Shown here: positions 13,636-26,900 of the stretch, in pieces
Layout: every line of letters starts with the position of its first letter
Numbering within the stretch: the first letter of the stretch is position 1
Origin: Raillietiella orientalis
Taxonomy: Eukaryota
Assembly (NCBI GenBank): GCA_036172245.1
Contig: JAYWIR010000044.1
Location: forward strand, 186,001 to 250,000
Direction of reading: 5' to 3'
Length of the DNA: 64,000 bases
Position numbers and translations under genes: made by a program
The notes under the pieces: generated by a model
Database searches by the model: none
Told to the model about the DNA's origin: nothing
The model's input: the letters and a program-made list of their open reading frames with translations, nothing else

Positions 13636-14011
13636 TTGTACTGGAAGGAGATATGCTCTCCTTGGGTGAGTCGATCGCATTTATTTGTTTACAGTTATGT
13701 TGCCAGGGGTTAGAATTCATGATGGTGGGGGGCTGTTTGCCATCTGCACCTTTGGATGATCCTACACAGCCGGCACATTTGAAGAGACTTTTGTCTTCGG
13801 AGGTTTGTCGTTTATCTCTGCTGGCAGCCCAAGCTATTCCGGCCGTGTGATTCCTTTTAACTGCTGGATGTCCAAACGCTGCATTCCTCTTCCTGAGTGC
13901 TCCGAATGGCTGTGCTTGCCGAACGAAAACTCAGATTGCCTGCCACGCACATCGAAGCCTTCTAGCTAAAGCGTGTTGACCACCTTCCGAAGAGCCCCGC
14001 TTCCTTTTCTT

Positions 14012-14135
14012 TCTTGATTGTCGGAGCTGAGTCTGTGCAGCCTTTCACGCGCGGTCAGCAGTGGCAGTGGTCCTCGGTGACCATCTTCCGGTTTCTCCAC
14101 TGAGACTCATTTAAATGAGAAAGAATTCCGGACGT
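14012..14135. repeat. ~125-bp direct repeat, copy 2 (partner 11750-11880)
   Basis: Near-identical block; see copy 1. Confidence 0.9.
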
Positions 14136-16222
14136 CCTCATGGCTCCGTGATGCCCTCCAGCATCTCGACAGAACCCCCGCGACAGGTGTCCCCATACCC
14201 TGGATCTTGCTCCCGCCTCCTCCCTGTGAATTCCCGATCTGAACTTTCCCCCTGAGATTGTTTCCCGGGAAGTATTCAACGTGGCAGAGCCATGGCAGCA
14301 GGCCTCATGGCGCTGCTTTTCTGCAGAGAATTCCCTTGACCGATTTTTTCCACCCTGCCGTCATCGTTTTATGCGCTGTGCCTCAAACTTTGGGACGCGC
14401 CTCGTGCGCAGGGTCGTTAAATTTCTTCTCAAAAGTGCAGGAGTCCGCCTGTCCCAATCTCTCCAAGGGTTGATCGCAAACCCGTGGCTACGTTAGCTTC
14501 CCCTGAACTCCAAGAGATGCCTGATGCTTTTGGAAATTGCACACGAGAGACGCAAACACTGCCGGATGCAGCGGTCGCTGTTTCGAATCCTCCATTTCTC
14601 TTCGCCATCCGCTATATATATAGCTGCTTAGCTGAGGAGAAGATGGCATTCCTCTCGCGGCTCCTGTAGCTGCGCAAGTTTCACTCCGAAGTCCATCGGT
14701 CAGCTCGCTGCCCTCCTGGTGAAGAAGGTCACCACGGCGATGGCGTTTCCGTCTGAGCTTCATGGGGTCGTCATCGAGCTGTCTCCCACGAAGAGGCGCT
14801 TCAAGGCGTCGTCCCTGCGGAGGTCCACCGGGAGCAGCAGCAGGGTCTCTGCATTTGCTGGAGGACAAGGGTCGATCCACAAGCCACGTGCGCAGGGGAT
14901 GCGGACCGCGCTTTCACCCCGTCCTGTGGTGCCGACGAGCGCTGCGAGGGTGACCTCGACGCTCGACCGCGCCGTCGTCGAGAGCGATCCTCGGAGGCGC
15001 GGAAATGTTGGTGAGAAACCGCAGAAAGAGCCAAGATCCACTGCAGAGATTCCGAGGAGCGGACGGGAGCTTGATGGAGGGGGGGAGGGGTCGCTGCGCC
15101 TGCGAGCCGTCGCCAGAGTTTGCGCGCGGACTGCGTTTGCATTTGCCGCTCCCTTGCCGTAGCCTCAAGGTCGCAGCAGGAAGATTCGGCCACCTCGATC
15201 TCTTTCCCTGCTTCTTCACGAGGAACCCCGCTCGACTGAACCAGGATAACCATCCCGAGTGCGGGGTGCTAGCTAGTCTGAAACCGCCGCCGGCGCAGAT
15301 CCTGATGGCAGCAGTGCGGTACGTACTCCAGTGGTATATCCTGGACGTCTGATGTGGAGGAGGGTTCGACATGAGCAGTCTTGGAGCACGATCCTGCTTC
15401 CCTATGCGTGCACATAATGAACTGTCAAACGCCTCGAAGACTGACGAGGAGCAAGCTCTTCGGGGAGCACAGGGACTTTCACATCAATAAACCAGCGTGC
15501 TTCCTGATCACGTGCAGAGCTCTCACCGACGGGAGAGTAAGGAGGAAGGTGTTGCCAGGGGTGATATCACGTGTGCAGGGAGCTCACGGGCGCAAAGTGC
15601 AGAAGGGCGTAGTGAGGAGGTGGCCGCCAAGTCCGATAATAGGCCGTTCCTCGGAACCAACGTCTTCACTCCTCCATCATCTTCCTGTTCATGATTCTAC
15701 CTTCTCTTCTTATGGAGATGAAACAGGTTCCCTTAGCTAAGGAATTTCACCCAGATCCTCCGAACAGCGTGCATTAGTAAAGTCACTTCCGCGGTTTCCT
15801 CACCCCTCCTTTATTTGAAGAACCTGCATCCCTGCGAGATGAACCCCACTTCACTACCGAAATATCAACCTACCAACCGCGTTTCCCCCGTCCTTGTATT
15901 CCATAAGCCATGCCAGTATCCCCTATCTTTTCTAGGCCATCTTCATCACAATCCCCGAAGCGCTATCTTTCCCTTGTGGAAATTTCACCGCCGCCTTTTT
16001 TATTGGTTCTGAAGCCGATTTCATCCACTGACTTCATGGGTGCGTGCCCTGTAATCAGTTACTTCCCTGGTTATTTCAGGTTCGGAGCTACAGGATCCAT
16101 CTTTCAAAGCAGATGTTATTTAATTAGACGCTGCCTCGGACGATTTCGGCATCAACTTATTGAATTTGTTCACAATTTGAACCAATTAAGAAAAATCGTC
16201 AGATGACAGTGTCTTACCCCCT

Positions 16223-16735
16223 CGGAAAGAAAAACACTCGAGTTCATCTGCCGGATGCCAAGCATTCGCTCCAAGACAACGGAAGTCAGCTGCGTAAACC
16301 GAGAGACGGAAATGAAAGCAGGCGCTCAAGCGCGGAGTGACCAGGAGCGACATGTCTTCCGAAGCGATCCAGAGGTTCCGGAAGTGGACACCCAGTGAGG
16401 TCGCTCGAAGCTTGAGGAAGTTCTGGAAGCTTTCTTGTTCCATTTCCTCCGCCGCTAGAGCGAGGAATAGTCTACCACGGCCACCCCGCCCACAGAAGGA
16501 ACTCCGACATGCTTACCGCGCTGCTAGAAACCGCACCAATATCGCTCGCCCTACGACCCACAGCCAATATCGTCTGGAAGGTTGCATAATGTATAGTAGT
16601 CCTCTACACTACACTACACCACACTCTACACTACTCTACACTTCCTGCTACGCTTCCTCTGAGGGGAAGGCGTAGAACGGGAATCCTCATCCATCGGCAT
16701 TCCTCCAAGAAAAATAATAACAAGCGCATTGAAAT
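16223..16735. repeat. Two-block dispersed duplication, copy 1 (partner 27592-28263)
   Basis: 16223-16602 is near-identical to 27592-27971, and 16654-16735 matches 28182-28263. The spacers differ; here it is a CTACA-like simple repeat. Confidence 0.92.
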
Positions 16736-19700
16736 CGGTACTCATTCTTCCAAAAATGTTTTTCACTTGTCTCTTCCTTCTGATCACGCTTCAGGATTGT
16801 GGGTTGACTCTTCTGAGTCAATCCACAATTCAACTATTCCTGACGTTTATACCATTTCCTATAGAAGTACCACTTGGCAACAGTATTTTCTTCTTATGAC
16901 TTCAATTACGTGAACCCATCGCTCCCTCTTAGAAAACAGCATCCCTATCCTACAGATTCCATTGTTTCTTCCTATTACCATCCCTGCCTCCTATTGAATC
17001 AATACTCAAATTATGGAACATTTTATGCTTGGATTCTCCATCACAGATGCCATCTTTGGTTCCGCATTTTGCTTTCCTTTTTGGTTCGTCTGCAGCGGGT
17101 TCTCATCTTCTGATGTTTGCATCCCGGAAATGCCGCGGAAGACGCGAGCTCGAACGTTCAATCACATCTCTGCCTGCCCATGTCGGTGGCGGATTATCGC
17201 AGATTCCTTCCGTTCGACTTCGAGCCGGTTGCTGGGGAACGCACCTGCCAGGTTCCGAGTGAAGTAGCCACCGATGCCACGCCCTCCGCCCTCTTGCATT
17301 CTCTCTCATAGGATGGCTGCTAAATCGTCCATCTCTTCGCGCTTTTGCAGCAATGGAGGTTCCGCATCGGAGGCTGCTTCAACAGCGCTTCTGAGCTCGC
17401 GCTTTGGTGAGACTGCCATCATCGTTGGGACCGAGGATTCTTCAGGCCGCACTGTCATCCGAGAGTTTCAGAATCTTTAGATACGTAGGGATGATGTGAT
17501 GTAAGGATAGAATATGATAGTATAAACGAATGTACACGTTTGCGTCCCAAGCAATGCCACACATCAAGAATTGGGCTTTATTGATTGATTCCGGAATTCT
17601 GGGGGGACACTGCAGCCGTCCACTGCACATTATGCAACCTAACTATTTTCTCGTTTCGCCTTCTTCTTGCCTGTCATCGGAGCGTCCCCAAGTAAAACAA
17701 ACAAAACATCAATTAAAGGGAGACTTCCCGTGGTTAAAAGGCCGGAATAATCAGTGGAACTTTCTCTCGGAACTTTTAAATCTTTTTGTAAACAACGCTC
17801 ATTAGTGAATCCCTGCAGCCGAGGAATTTAAAGCTGCCGTTCCTTTTCCTTGTTCTGCTCTCTACATCTGTACGTGGATGGGAATAAACGTACAGTGACA
17901 ATCAACTGGAGGAACGCGAAGTTTCTCTCACTTCGCCGTGGCCATTTGCGGATGGGAAATTGAGAACGGATGCACAAGATCTTTGCAAATGGAAGTAGGA
18001 GGCAAAACTGTGAAGCTCGTGTTGGTTCCCTTTGTGTGCAAGTGGTACATAGATGTGTGTGCACCCTGCACACACATCTTTTTCATGTGCCTCAGATACG
18101 CTTCGCGTTGGCATAGGAGGCAACTGCATCCCAGTCACCTTGCTGCAGCCATTCACAGCACAGCAAATTACTACCCCTGCTTGCTCGTAACAAGATCGCT
18201 CGAAAGGATAATTACTTCAGAATGGCTTGGGGACTGACGGAACATCGGAAACAAGGACAGTAAAAATCGACTTGTTCTACCAACGATGAGCTTAAGAGCC
18301 ATGACTGCCATCCGGCGAGAAACCAAAAACCTGCCTCTAAATATGCAACTTTATGATTTCCTCATCGTGCATGAAGTGTAGAAATGTGCAAGAAATCCCG
18401 CGAAGCTGAGGACGTCAAGGTGGAACGGAAACGGAGAGCGAAGTGAAAAGAGCAGTTTCGCTGTTTGTCCACGCAGAAGTGATAGGTTCTCACTTTCACT
18501 CGAGGGAAACTGCGAAACTCAAGATGTAGGAAGAAGATGACGTTCAGGAACTCCTCTTCGAATTCCACACGTGGTCAAAAAATTACGTCCTACCCTTACT
18601 GCCAGGCTCACCGCCGAAGAGCTCTTTCGCAAAAATACCGAAACGGACGAAAATGCCAAGCGGAACGAGCTTTGTGGCCGCCGGCAGAATTTCCTGACCA
18701 TTCGTGCAAGCTGTACTGAAGGTGTTCCTTTTCCAGAGGGAACAGGACGCGCATGAACTTTTGACCTCAGTTAATTCGACGTGAGTCGAATTACTCACAT
18801 AATTATTCATGAGAACTGCCGACCTATCTGCGCTCCACACAACACAGTATCTTCCTGCATCCAGATTCGTCAATTAACGATCACGTTCCGATAATTAGCG
18901 AGCGAGGTCGTTTGCTTTAGTTGAGTGAATGGGATTCCGCACACAAGTACAAGAGTAATAATTACTGTCCACATAGACAGATTACAGAATGCTTAAACTA
19001 TCAGTACCAGCAATAGAAATGCACATCATCTCCACGTGCTACTTTCGGCACACTGATGGGGACAGCATGATTTCATTAGATCTTCGCTACGAGATGGAAG
19101 TGACTAAGATTGCTAACTATGATGTTGTTTCTAAAGCTCTTTTGCAGGGACGTACTTGGAACTCTGCAAATCGTCCTTCTGGATAGAGTGCTCCAGAAGC
19201 AATATGTATGTAAAGATAGAGCACAGAGGAAAGGCAGGCGGTCATTAGCTTGAAAAGATCACAGCGTTTGACGTTGCCGGAAGTGTCATCCGTTTGGCTT
19301 AGCAGAAAGGAGATCACAGCACTGAAACAAGAGTGAGGGCAAAATTCCAATATTCCCTTCTCATGCTTTAAAACCTCTTGGAATTATCCGATATCGGGAG
19401 TATCAAACAGGTGGTGCTTCTGCGGATGCATCTGGTGTACGATGCTTCACTCAGATGTGCCTTGTCAATGGAGTCGTTAAGAATCGGTTCTCCAACAGAA
19501 GCGGCGACTTGCCATCGAGATCTGAGTGGAAGGTCCCGGCATGATCCAAAGTGGATCTTGGGATCCTGGTTAGACGTCCCGAAAATGAAATCAATCCTGC
19601 AATCTGACTCTGCATTTTTATTCTCTGTGAAGACGGCATTTTCTGAAGTGCACCAAAGGAACGTTGCGCATGCCGCCGCAGGGTTCGCAGATCTTTGCAG

Positions 19701-20622
19701 CAAACTTCCCTCGCTAATTGACAGTAATGGTCACAGAGTGTGAGTTATCTCTCTCCAGACACTGATAATTTTCAGAGTTTATAATTGGAAATACAATGGA
19801 ATCTGGAAGGAGCCAGAACACATGGAGAACCCCTAGCATCTCCCTCCGCACCGGAGGTTTCCTATGATGGATACCCAGGGAGATGTAAAGGACAGTGCCA
19901 TCTATTTCTGCGAGGACAACTTGAACTTTTGAAAGTTTGGTAAGCATAAAAGCTCATTACAGAATCCCATTCGGGATTCTAATGTCTTTCGTTTCATGCT
20001 CGAGGAAGTGAGAAGCGAAACTTTCTTCATAATTTCCGGATTGCTTCAAATGATGATAGCTATCATACCTCCCGCTATCAATCAAATGATCATTCTCTCA
20101 AAAGAAACAGCAAACTGAGAGAAGCGCCTTTCGTGAAAGGGGAATGCCTTCAATCTGAAACTCTGAAAATGGGACTTTCAGGCATCCTAGATGGAATTTT
20201 GGGTGCATTTTAATGAAAACGAGCTTTCTGTTGCACCTTATTTTTTAAATCTCGAAAGATCATTGGGGGAACAAGAAAAATTGCTGTGGGATGCTTCCGG
20301 TGAAGGCTTCCTTCTACACATCTAATAAATGCCCTTTAGCAACCAATTCACGACAAATCGAAGAAATCCAAATTGAAGATCCAAATGTCAGACATTCCCT
20401 GAAAAGAAGGCAAGGCACGCCAGTGCGAAATCTACTTCCCGAGAGTTTTCTTCAAATAGGATTTCAGGAAGGCCGATCACGATCCTTTGCTACGCAGTTC
20501 GTGAAACGCAGTCTGGTCACTTCGACGGGTATCTCGTGGCACAGTTTCTTCACTTTCCCGAATGTTCACGCATTCCGGTAAGCGGATCCATCCTGCAAAA
20601 TCCTCATAAAAATCTATATATA

Positions 20623-20904
20623 CAGGCGAGCCACTTAAGCCGTTCCGCCTGAAGCCTCGTTACAGAGTTCCTCTCGCCGCGGGCCAGTTTCAAATCGCTC
20701 AGCGTGTGACTTTTGCACCGCATTGTTGGCCGCCATAATGGTCGAGCACGCTGAGGTCACGCCGCGGAAGCACACTTGCCGCGGACCGGTTTCGAATAGC
20801 ACACCCTGCGTCTCCGGATTGCATTGTTGACCGCCATGCTATTCGTGCACGCTGACGTCACGCTGCAAAGCCGGACTTGGAGCTGGACGCTTTTGCGTCA
20901 CCTG
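20623..20904 (+). mobile_element. Tc1/mariner-type non-autonomous MITE with two ~100-bp internal repeats
   Basis: TA|CAGGCGAGCCACTTAAG...TTTTGCGTCACCTG|TA gives degenerate TIRs with TA on both sides. The internal unit GCATTGTTG(G/A)CCGCC...GCTGA(C/G)GTCACGC occurs at 20720 and 20821. Confidence 0.7.
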
Positions 20905-21002
20905 TAGGAGCTTGGCGCTAGTGATGCATCTCTAGACGGGAGTGCTGGAGAGGAGGCAGCATCGCGAAGTATCTGGTGCAGGCAGGAAGCAGGCGCTCCT
21001 GC

Positions 21003-21083
21003 ATGGGGTGCCACTTAAAGCCGGCTGTTCTTAAGTCCAGCTATGTAGCGAGGCTGGAGGCAGACCAGTTTTAAGTGACCCAT
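21003..21083. mobile_element. ~80-bp mini-element with the same TIR family
   Basis: ATGGGGTGCCACTTAAAGCCGG...CCAGTTTTAAGTGACCCAT form imperfect inverted ends resembling the MITE TIR consensus CAGGGTGAGCCACTTAAAACCGG. Confidence 0.55.
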
Positions 21084-21635
21084 CTTACATTGCAATCAGC
21101 TGCAGGAAACGAGTGAGGAAACCGAGATGACCTCGGCCGATTGATTCTAAGGTCATAAAATTCGGTTGCAAGGAAATCAACGAAATTGCAACTTTGCAGC
21201 TTCCACGGAAATACTGGATCCGTAGGGATGGATTTTGAGCGCTTTCCTTCCCAGATGATAGGGTGCGATCCCTCGCTGCTTTAGATGAAGAGTTGCACCC
21301 AGTAACTCCGGGGCGTTTAGAATAAGATCTCAGACACACACGCTCGTATAACACTGCTGAAGAAAAGACAGGATGTTGTTCGCAGCACACGATCAAGGGA
21401 GAAACGAAGCAAGTGGCACCAAGGAAGGGTAGGAGATGTAAATAGCAAAACAAAGCTCTCTGTGGGGGGACTGGAGAAGGGGAACGTGTCAGTGGGTCCT
21501 GGCCATTAATATCTTTATGCTGCTCAGCACACCGGCAGCAGCCGTCGTGGTATGGTAGCTCAGTAAGGGGCTTTGGAAGACGAGCGTTTGCAAGAAAACT
21601 TGGAGACAGCGCGCTCTGCGGGCACGTGTGCAGCA

Positions 21636-21830
21636 CTATGACATCAGCGTGCACGAGCAGCACGGCGGCCAACAGTGCAATCTAAAAATACGCAGGGAGC
21701 CATTATAAACCGTCTGCAGTGCGACTTCGCGGCGTGACATTAGCGTGCGCGAGCAGCACGGCGGCCAACAATGCAATCTAAAAATACGCGGGGAGAGCGA
21801 CGACTTCAACCCGTCCCGCCTCGAGCGTGG
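21636..21830 (-). mobile_element. Internal tandem units of the same MITE family, reverse orientation
   Basis: Two copies of GAGCAGCACGGCGGCCAACA(G/A)TGCAATCTAAAAATACGC lie ~96 bp apart. This is the reverse complement of the unit at 24641/24742. Confidence 0.75.
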
Positions 21831-21869
21831 AAAAAAAAAAAAACACACAGAGAGGCTTCACAGGAACCG

Positions 21870-21926
21870 ATATATATATATATACATGAATCTGTGCAAT
21901 CATATATATATGTATATATATATATA
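21870..21926. repeat. (TA)n microsatellite
   Basis: Two interrupted TA runs. Confidence 0.85.
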
Positions 21927-22733
21927 ATTGCACAGATTTCATTGGAGTCGATCTTGAGGAAACCGTCATCATTCGTACTCGGTTACCCGAGCTGGAGCTA
22001 CGGAAAGCCCTCTGTCGCCTTCGCCATTGCCGAAGACAAGAAGCGGGGAATGGATCTCTGACACGCATTTCATCCTCATGGTATTAACAGCGCACTTCAT
22101 CTAACTTTACCGATATGTCCCCTAATCAAGCACCAGGCGGAACGGCAGAAACGCTCCCTTTCAAGGGGAGGAGACATTTCGGGCTCTTGTTCGGTTCATC
22201 CAAAGATCTCCCCCAAATTCGGGGCTCTAGAAAATGATTTGGGAACTCCAAACTCTCGCAAACAAAAATTTTGTACTCGGAGGAAGGGAGAGCGTTCTTC
22301 ATTGGCTTTTCCGCTCTTTAAAGAGTTTGCTTCTCGGAGCAAAGATGCGCTCCTCCGAAGGCATCCAAGGTCCCCATGTGCCTCGGATTCCTATCGCGGG
22401 TTTCTGGAAGCAAGCGGCACCCAGCCGCAGAATCAAAGGCTGACTGGCATACCACGAGGATTCTTTGGAAACTTTCCAGCAGTCCGATTTTCTCAGTGGT
22501 CCGGAGACATTGGGGTCAGGACCATCAGTTGTTTTCGATGCGTGTCCCATCACCCTTTCACGATCGCAAAGCTCCACCTTTGGACTTCCGCAAATGCTAG
22601 GCATTTCGTTGGACACTGCCAGGTCACTTCGAAGGGTGTCCTATTTGGCACAAGTTACTCCGATTCCGCGGGTGTTCATGAATGCACATAAGAAAGTCCA
22701 TTCTGCAAGACCTCCCACGAAAATAAATATGTA

Positions 22734-22932
22734 CAGGGATCAGTCACTGGAAACTGGCCCGTCCCTGATCTCGCCACGCTTCGCCGCTGTGCCAGAGTTG
22801 AGGCGAGCCGGTTTCCAGTCGCTCATCGTGTATTTTTAGATCGCATTGTGGGGCTCCTTGCTGATCGCGTGCCTTGACGTCACGCCGCCAAGCTGGACTC
22901 GGAGACGAGCCAGTTCAAAGTGACTCACCCTG
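22734..22932 (+). mobile_element. MITE of the same family, with both TIRs
   Basis: TA|CAGGGATCAGTCACTGGAAACTGG...CCAGTTCAAAGTGACTCACCCTG are inverted ends. The internal sequence TATTTTTAGATCGCATTGT...TGACGTCACGCCGCCAAGCTGGACT is one unit of the family repeat. Confidence 0.72.
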
Positions 22933-24574
22933 ATGGCTCCTAAACTACCCACTCCCCTCAGCAAGACCGTCCAAGCGAATCGCTTCCTGCAGGTGGATCT
23001 CTCCCGGGCAGTCCGCCTGGATGTCGCCTAGCGCTTCCGGGAGAGTTATCCCCGCTGAAACTTCCTTTTCCGATCCCTCCTTATTTACAGCTCGAGCAGG
23101 AAGCTGAGTGAGTTGTGTGAGCGAGAACAGAAATTCCCCCTTCTCTTCCCCCCCCCTCCTGCCTCCCTCCCAGGAGTTAGCTGGACGAAGCCTTCCAGCT
23201 CACCCACCCTCAGGGATCGCGCGCGCCCAGATGCCGAGCTTTCCGAGCGCCGTACCGGACGAGGAGAGGAGGTCGCTGGTGAAGCAGGCGACTTCGCTGG
23301 CCGAGAGCCTCTGGCACAGGCCCCGGACGACCGCAAACAGTCCGGGACGGGGAGTCGAGAGAAACTCTCAGCAAGGTGTGCTGGCAGATGGAGACGTCGG
23401 AAAGGGAGATCACTGGCAGATGGAGAAGTCGAAAGGGCAGATCACGGACCACCATCGCTGCCGGCAGAAAGAGTTTCATTTTTTTCGCCAGGAGGACGAT
23501 GCTGAAGGTCGGCCTCGAGGTGATGCAAAAAACTCCCGGAGGGGAACGCCGAAGCAGTCGTCAAACCCAGAGAGAGCTCTCCAACGTTCTGCAGATGCAG
23601 CGAGGTGGGCTTGATACGGACCTTGGATACGTAGTCGAGTCATCAAGAAGACACACACTCGCTGCCTGCATCGGAGAGTGCTGGAAGAGGACAAGGAAGA
23701 AGAAGAGGGAGAGGAACAGGAGGAGGAGGAGGAGGAGGGTATACCCTCGATAATCGGACAGGAAGGCATCACGAGGGCCGCGTACTAAAGCGACATGCCC
23801 TTTGCTGTGGGGACGAAGGAGGAAGAGGGAGCAGGCCATTACCTGGAGATGGAACGGTTTCCTCGATCGCGGTGAGCACTGCTTCCTGGACCAGAGCAGC
23901 CTGACCTGCAACCTGGAGAAAGGTCGCTGCACGACTTCCGGGCTGACGCCGAGCAGGAAGCCCTTTCCCGAACGCAGGAGCGTGGTCTGTGCGCCGAGCT
24001 ATTCCTGAAAATTCCCGGATTCCTTTTTTCATAAGAGTTGCGGGGCTCGGAGCAGCTTTTACTGTCGCACGTACTCCTCCTCCCCTCCTCCTCCTCCAGA
24101 CTTCATCCTTGCTCCGAACCAATTCCTCTCCAAAGGAACAGCACGTGGGTCGACTTCGAAATGGGGCAATAAAGTTAGAAACCCAATTCTTGATGCGTGG
24201 GAGTGCCTCGGATGCAAACCTGATCTGCTACCCAGCGCCTGCGTCGCCTTGCATGAAGATTAACCCTCTCTCTCTCTCCGCGCAGCCACTCTGTACGTCT
24301 CCCTGAAGACGTACTGCAAGACTCTCCTCCTCCCGTTCGTCTGTTCGCCTTCCGCGGTACCGAACGGACGATGGCTCTTGGCGCGGCTCAGAACCGGAGA
24401 AAGGCTCTGCACGCGGTTTCTCGGGTGAGAAAGGTGGGCGGTGCCGCGGCGAGCTTGCTGACAGGAAGGAGGAAAGCATACCCTTGATAACCGGCTCAGG
24501 AAAGTGTCACGAGGGCTGAGTACCAAAGAGACATGCCCGTTGCTGTGGGGACTCAGGAGGATCTGCTCTGCGTG

Positions 24575-24820
24575 CGCTCCCAGCCGGTCGAGACGCCGCG
24601 AGCCGCTCGCGATGGGGTGCTCTCAATACGCACATTTTGGATTGCATTGTTGGCCGCCGTGCTGATCGCGGGCGCTGACGTCACGCCGCGAAGCTGGACT
24701 TGGAGCGGACCGATTTGAAGACGCTCAAAGCGTATTTTTGGATTGCATTGTTGGCCGCCGTGCTGATCGCGGGCGCTGACATCACGTCGCCAAGAAGGCC
24801 GGTTTTAAGTGGCTCACCTT
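24575..24820 (+). mobile_element. MITE of the same family (right TIR plus two internal units)
   Basis: TTTTGGATTGCATTGTTGGCCGCCGTGCTGATCGCGGGCGCTGAC occurs twice, 101 bp apart. The element ends CCGGTTTTAAGTGGCTCACCTT|TA. Confidence 0.78.
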
Positions 24821-26199
24821 TATTAAGAAGCACATAGATCAAGTGCTGCACAGCGGGCGGGCACGCGGTGCTGCCACCTTCCCGCATTCTTTCATGATCC
24901 GAGTGCAGCTCGCCGGCGACGTTTCCGAGGTTTCCCTCTTCTTGTGCAATCGGAGCAGAAAGGGACGCAATGCAAACGATAGAAACGACAACATCCCCGC
25001 CATCCTTCGCGCGCCCTTGTCTCCATGGCATCCACCTGTCAGCGCACCATATCTGTTGCTCCGGAAATTACAAAAGATTCGTGACACGGGAGGCACTCGA
25101 TACCCACAGCCTTCGGATCACAAAGGCTACTTGGGGCTACTTGTTTGGCGAATGACCTGCGCTGGGGTTTTCCCGAAGCATTCCGTGCATGCATCGGACT
25201 GCCCCTTGAGCTTGGAGAAGAATCGGGAAGTCGTCGCCGCTGCGATGCCTCTTTATAAAGTGGTCACGAGACAGGGCACGAATTTCTCCGTGGACATGAC
25301 TAACAGAATGCGACCTCTCTTGAATCCACTACATTCAGCCGAACAGAATGCTCTGTGCAGAACTTTTTTAAACGGAGCTTCCCGAAAAGCTCTTTTTCCC
25401 TTTAACCCTTTCTCATCTGCACGATGCCTCTTGTGCAAAAGGCGAACCCTTCGCAAGCTGGCGCCAGTTTCTGAAGTAGGAAACATCCCTACGTGATACA
25501 CGTGCATAGAAATTTTTTTTTTAATCATCTGCGGGTACGAGTTCTCAGTGTGAAAACCAAGATTTTTCCATGAGGTCATCCCATTACTCGATGGCCAAGC
25601 CATCGGACAATCAGCTGCTTGATGACTTTTGTGCGTTCCGTCCGAGGTCGTGCGGTGCAACCAGCGCTTGGAATGGGATCTGGTGGCCGAGTCCCCCATT
25701 ACTAGGAAAAAGATGCTCATTGCAGGGTACGCAGTCCCCAGCGTCACAAGTTCGGAAAGAACGTCCCAGGAATTAAGGGGAATAGCAACTGCCCCTGCGA
25801 AGTAAGGGATTGCCGACACCGCTTACGGAGGGCGGAGCAACCTGACTGCCAAAGATCGCTACTCCCCATGGGCTTACGAAGCGAAATGCAGGAGGTCCTT
25901 CTCGCATGGGAATGCCCGGAAGCACGCTAGTTTGCCCGAAGACAAAAACATTCTGGAGTACCTCTCCCATGCACCGCATTTAGCTCCATAAAACTTTCAC
26001 CCATTCTCCCTAATGAAAACTACCATCCATGAAAGGAGGGAGGATGCCCAGGTTCCCGAGGAGGTCGGTGAATGGTCCTCGAAAAGTCCCTGAGGACTTC
26101 CGCCAGCCAGGAATATAGGTCTCCGTTTTGAGACAGGTGAAACTCATAAACAGAGATGGAGACTGCGAGCGGGAATGAGTTTCCCGAATAAACATGTGA

Positions 26200-26900
26200 C
26201 CGCTCCTACTCCAGACTCCAGCCCTCTTAAGAAAGTTTCCTTGAGCATGAAAGCACGGGGCAAATCCCATCGAATCACTCCCGGCTGTTGTGGGGCGCAT
26301 GTATTATGCAGTGGCTACTGAGCATAGCAACCGTCGCCCCGCTGTTAACTAACCTCAATGAAGTGAAATGTGAATTCCTTGCTATTCAAAGCACAGGCGG
26401 GTTGAAATTGCAAAACTCCTATGTCTATCGCTGCAAAATGCCAACGCCCAAAGCTGCAAACGCAACTTTCCCATCCCTTCGAGGAGTTTGGAGTTGTCCA
26501 CTCAGTATGAATCCCCCCTGGAACGCTATCGAAAATCACATACTACCCACGCTCAGCATTTCCAACGGAAAGATTGCGCTTCCTTCCTACGATTCACTTT
26601 TCCTACTCCGTTCTGTTCACTTCTTGTTTGCAGGTCCCCCGATTTGGTTGAGAATGTCCGAGAAATCGCCGAACCGCCAATTGCAGATCTCCAGGGTTGG
26701 GAATGGAGAGCAGTTTTCGCATCTTTTCTCTTCTACAAGGCGAATCTATCAGCGGATGAACCGGATGCTACGAAGACAGGAAAACTCTGCATCTTTCCCG
26801 GCCCTTTTCCAGGGAACGATCAATCCGTCAAGCGTTCCTTTTGCCCTTTGCTATGAGGTTCCGAACATCAGTGACTTTTCAAACCCAGGTGCTGCCGATA
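26200..26900 (+). pseudogene. Possible decayed leucine-rich-repeat gene fragment
   Basis: LRR-like snippets in different frames (HGANPIESLP, ATFPSL, LPTLSISNGKIALPSYDSLFLLRSVHFL), broken by stops and frameshifts. Confidence 0.3.

Noticed and set aside
24630..24790. Direct repeats with spacers resembling a CRISPR array
   Set aside because: Only two ~100-bp units per site, bounded by TIRs, with no cas genes and a eukaryotic context.
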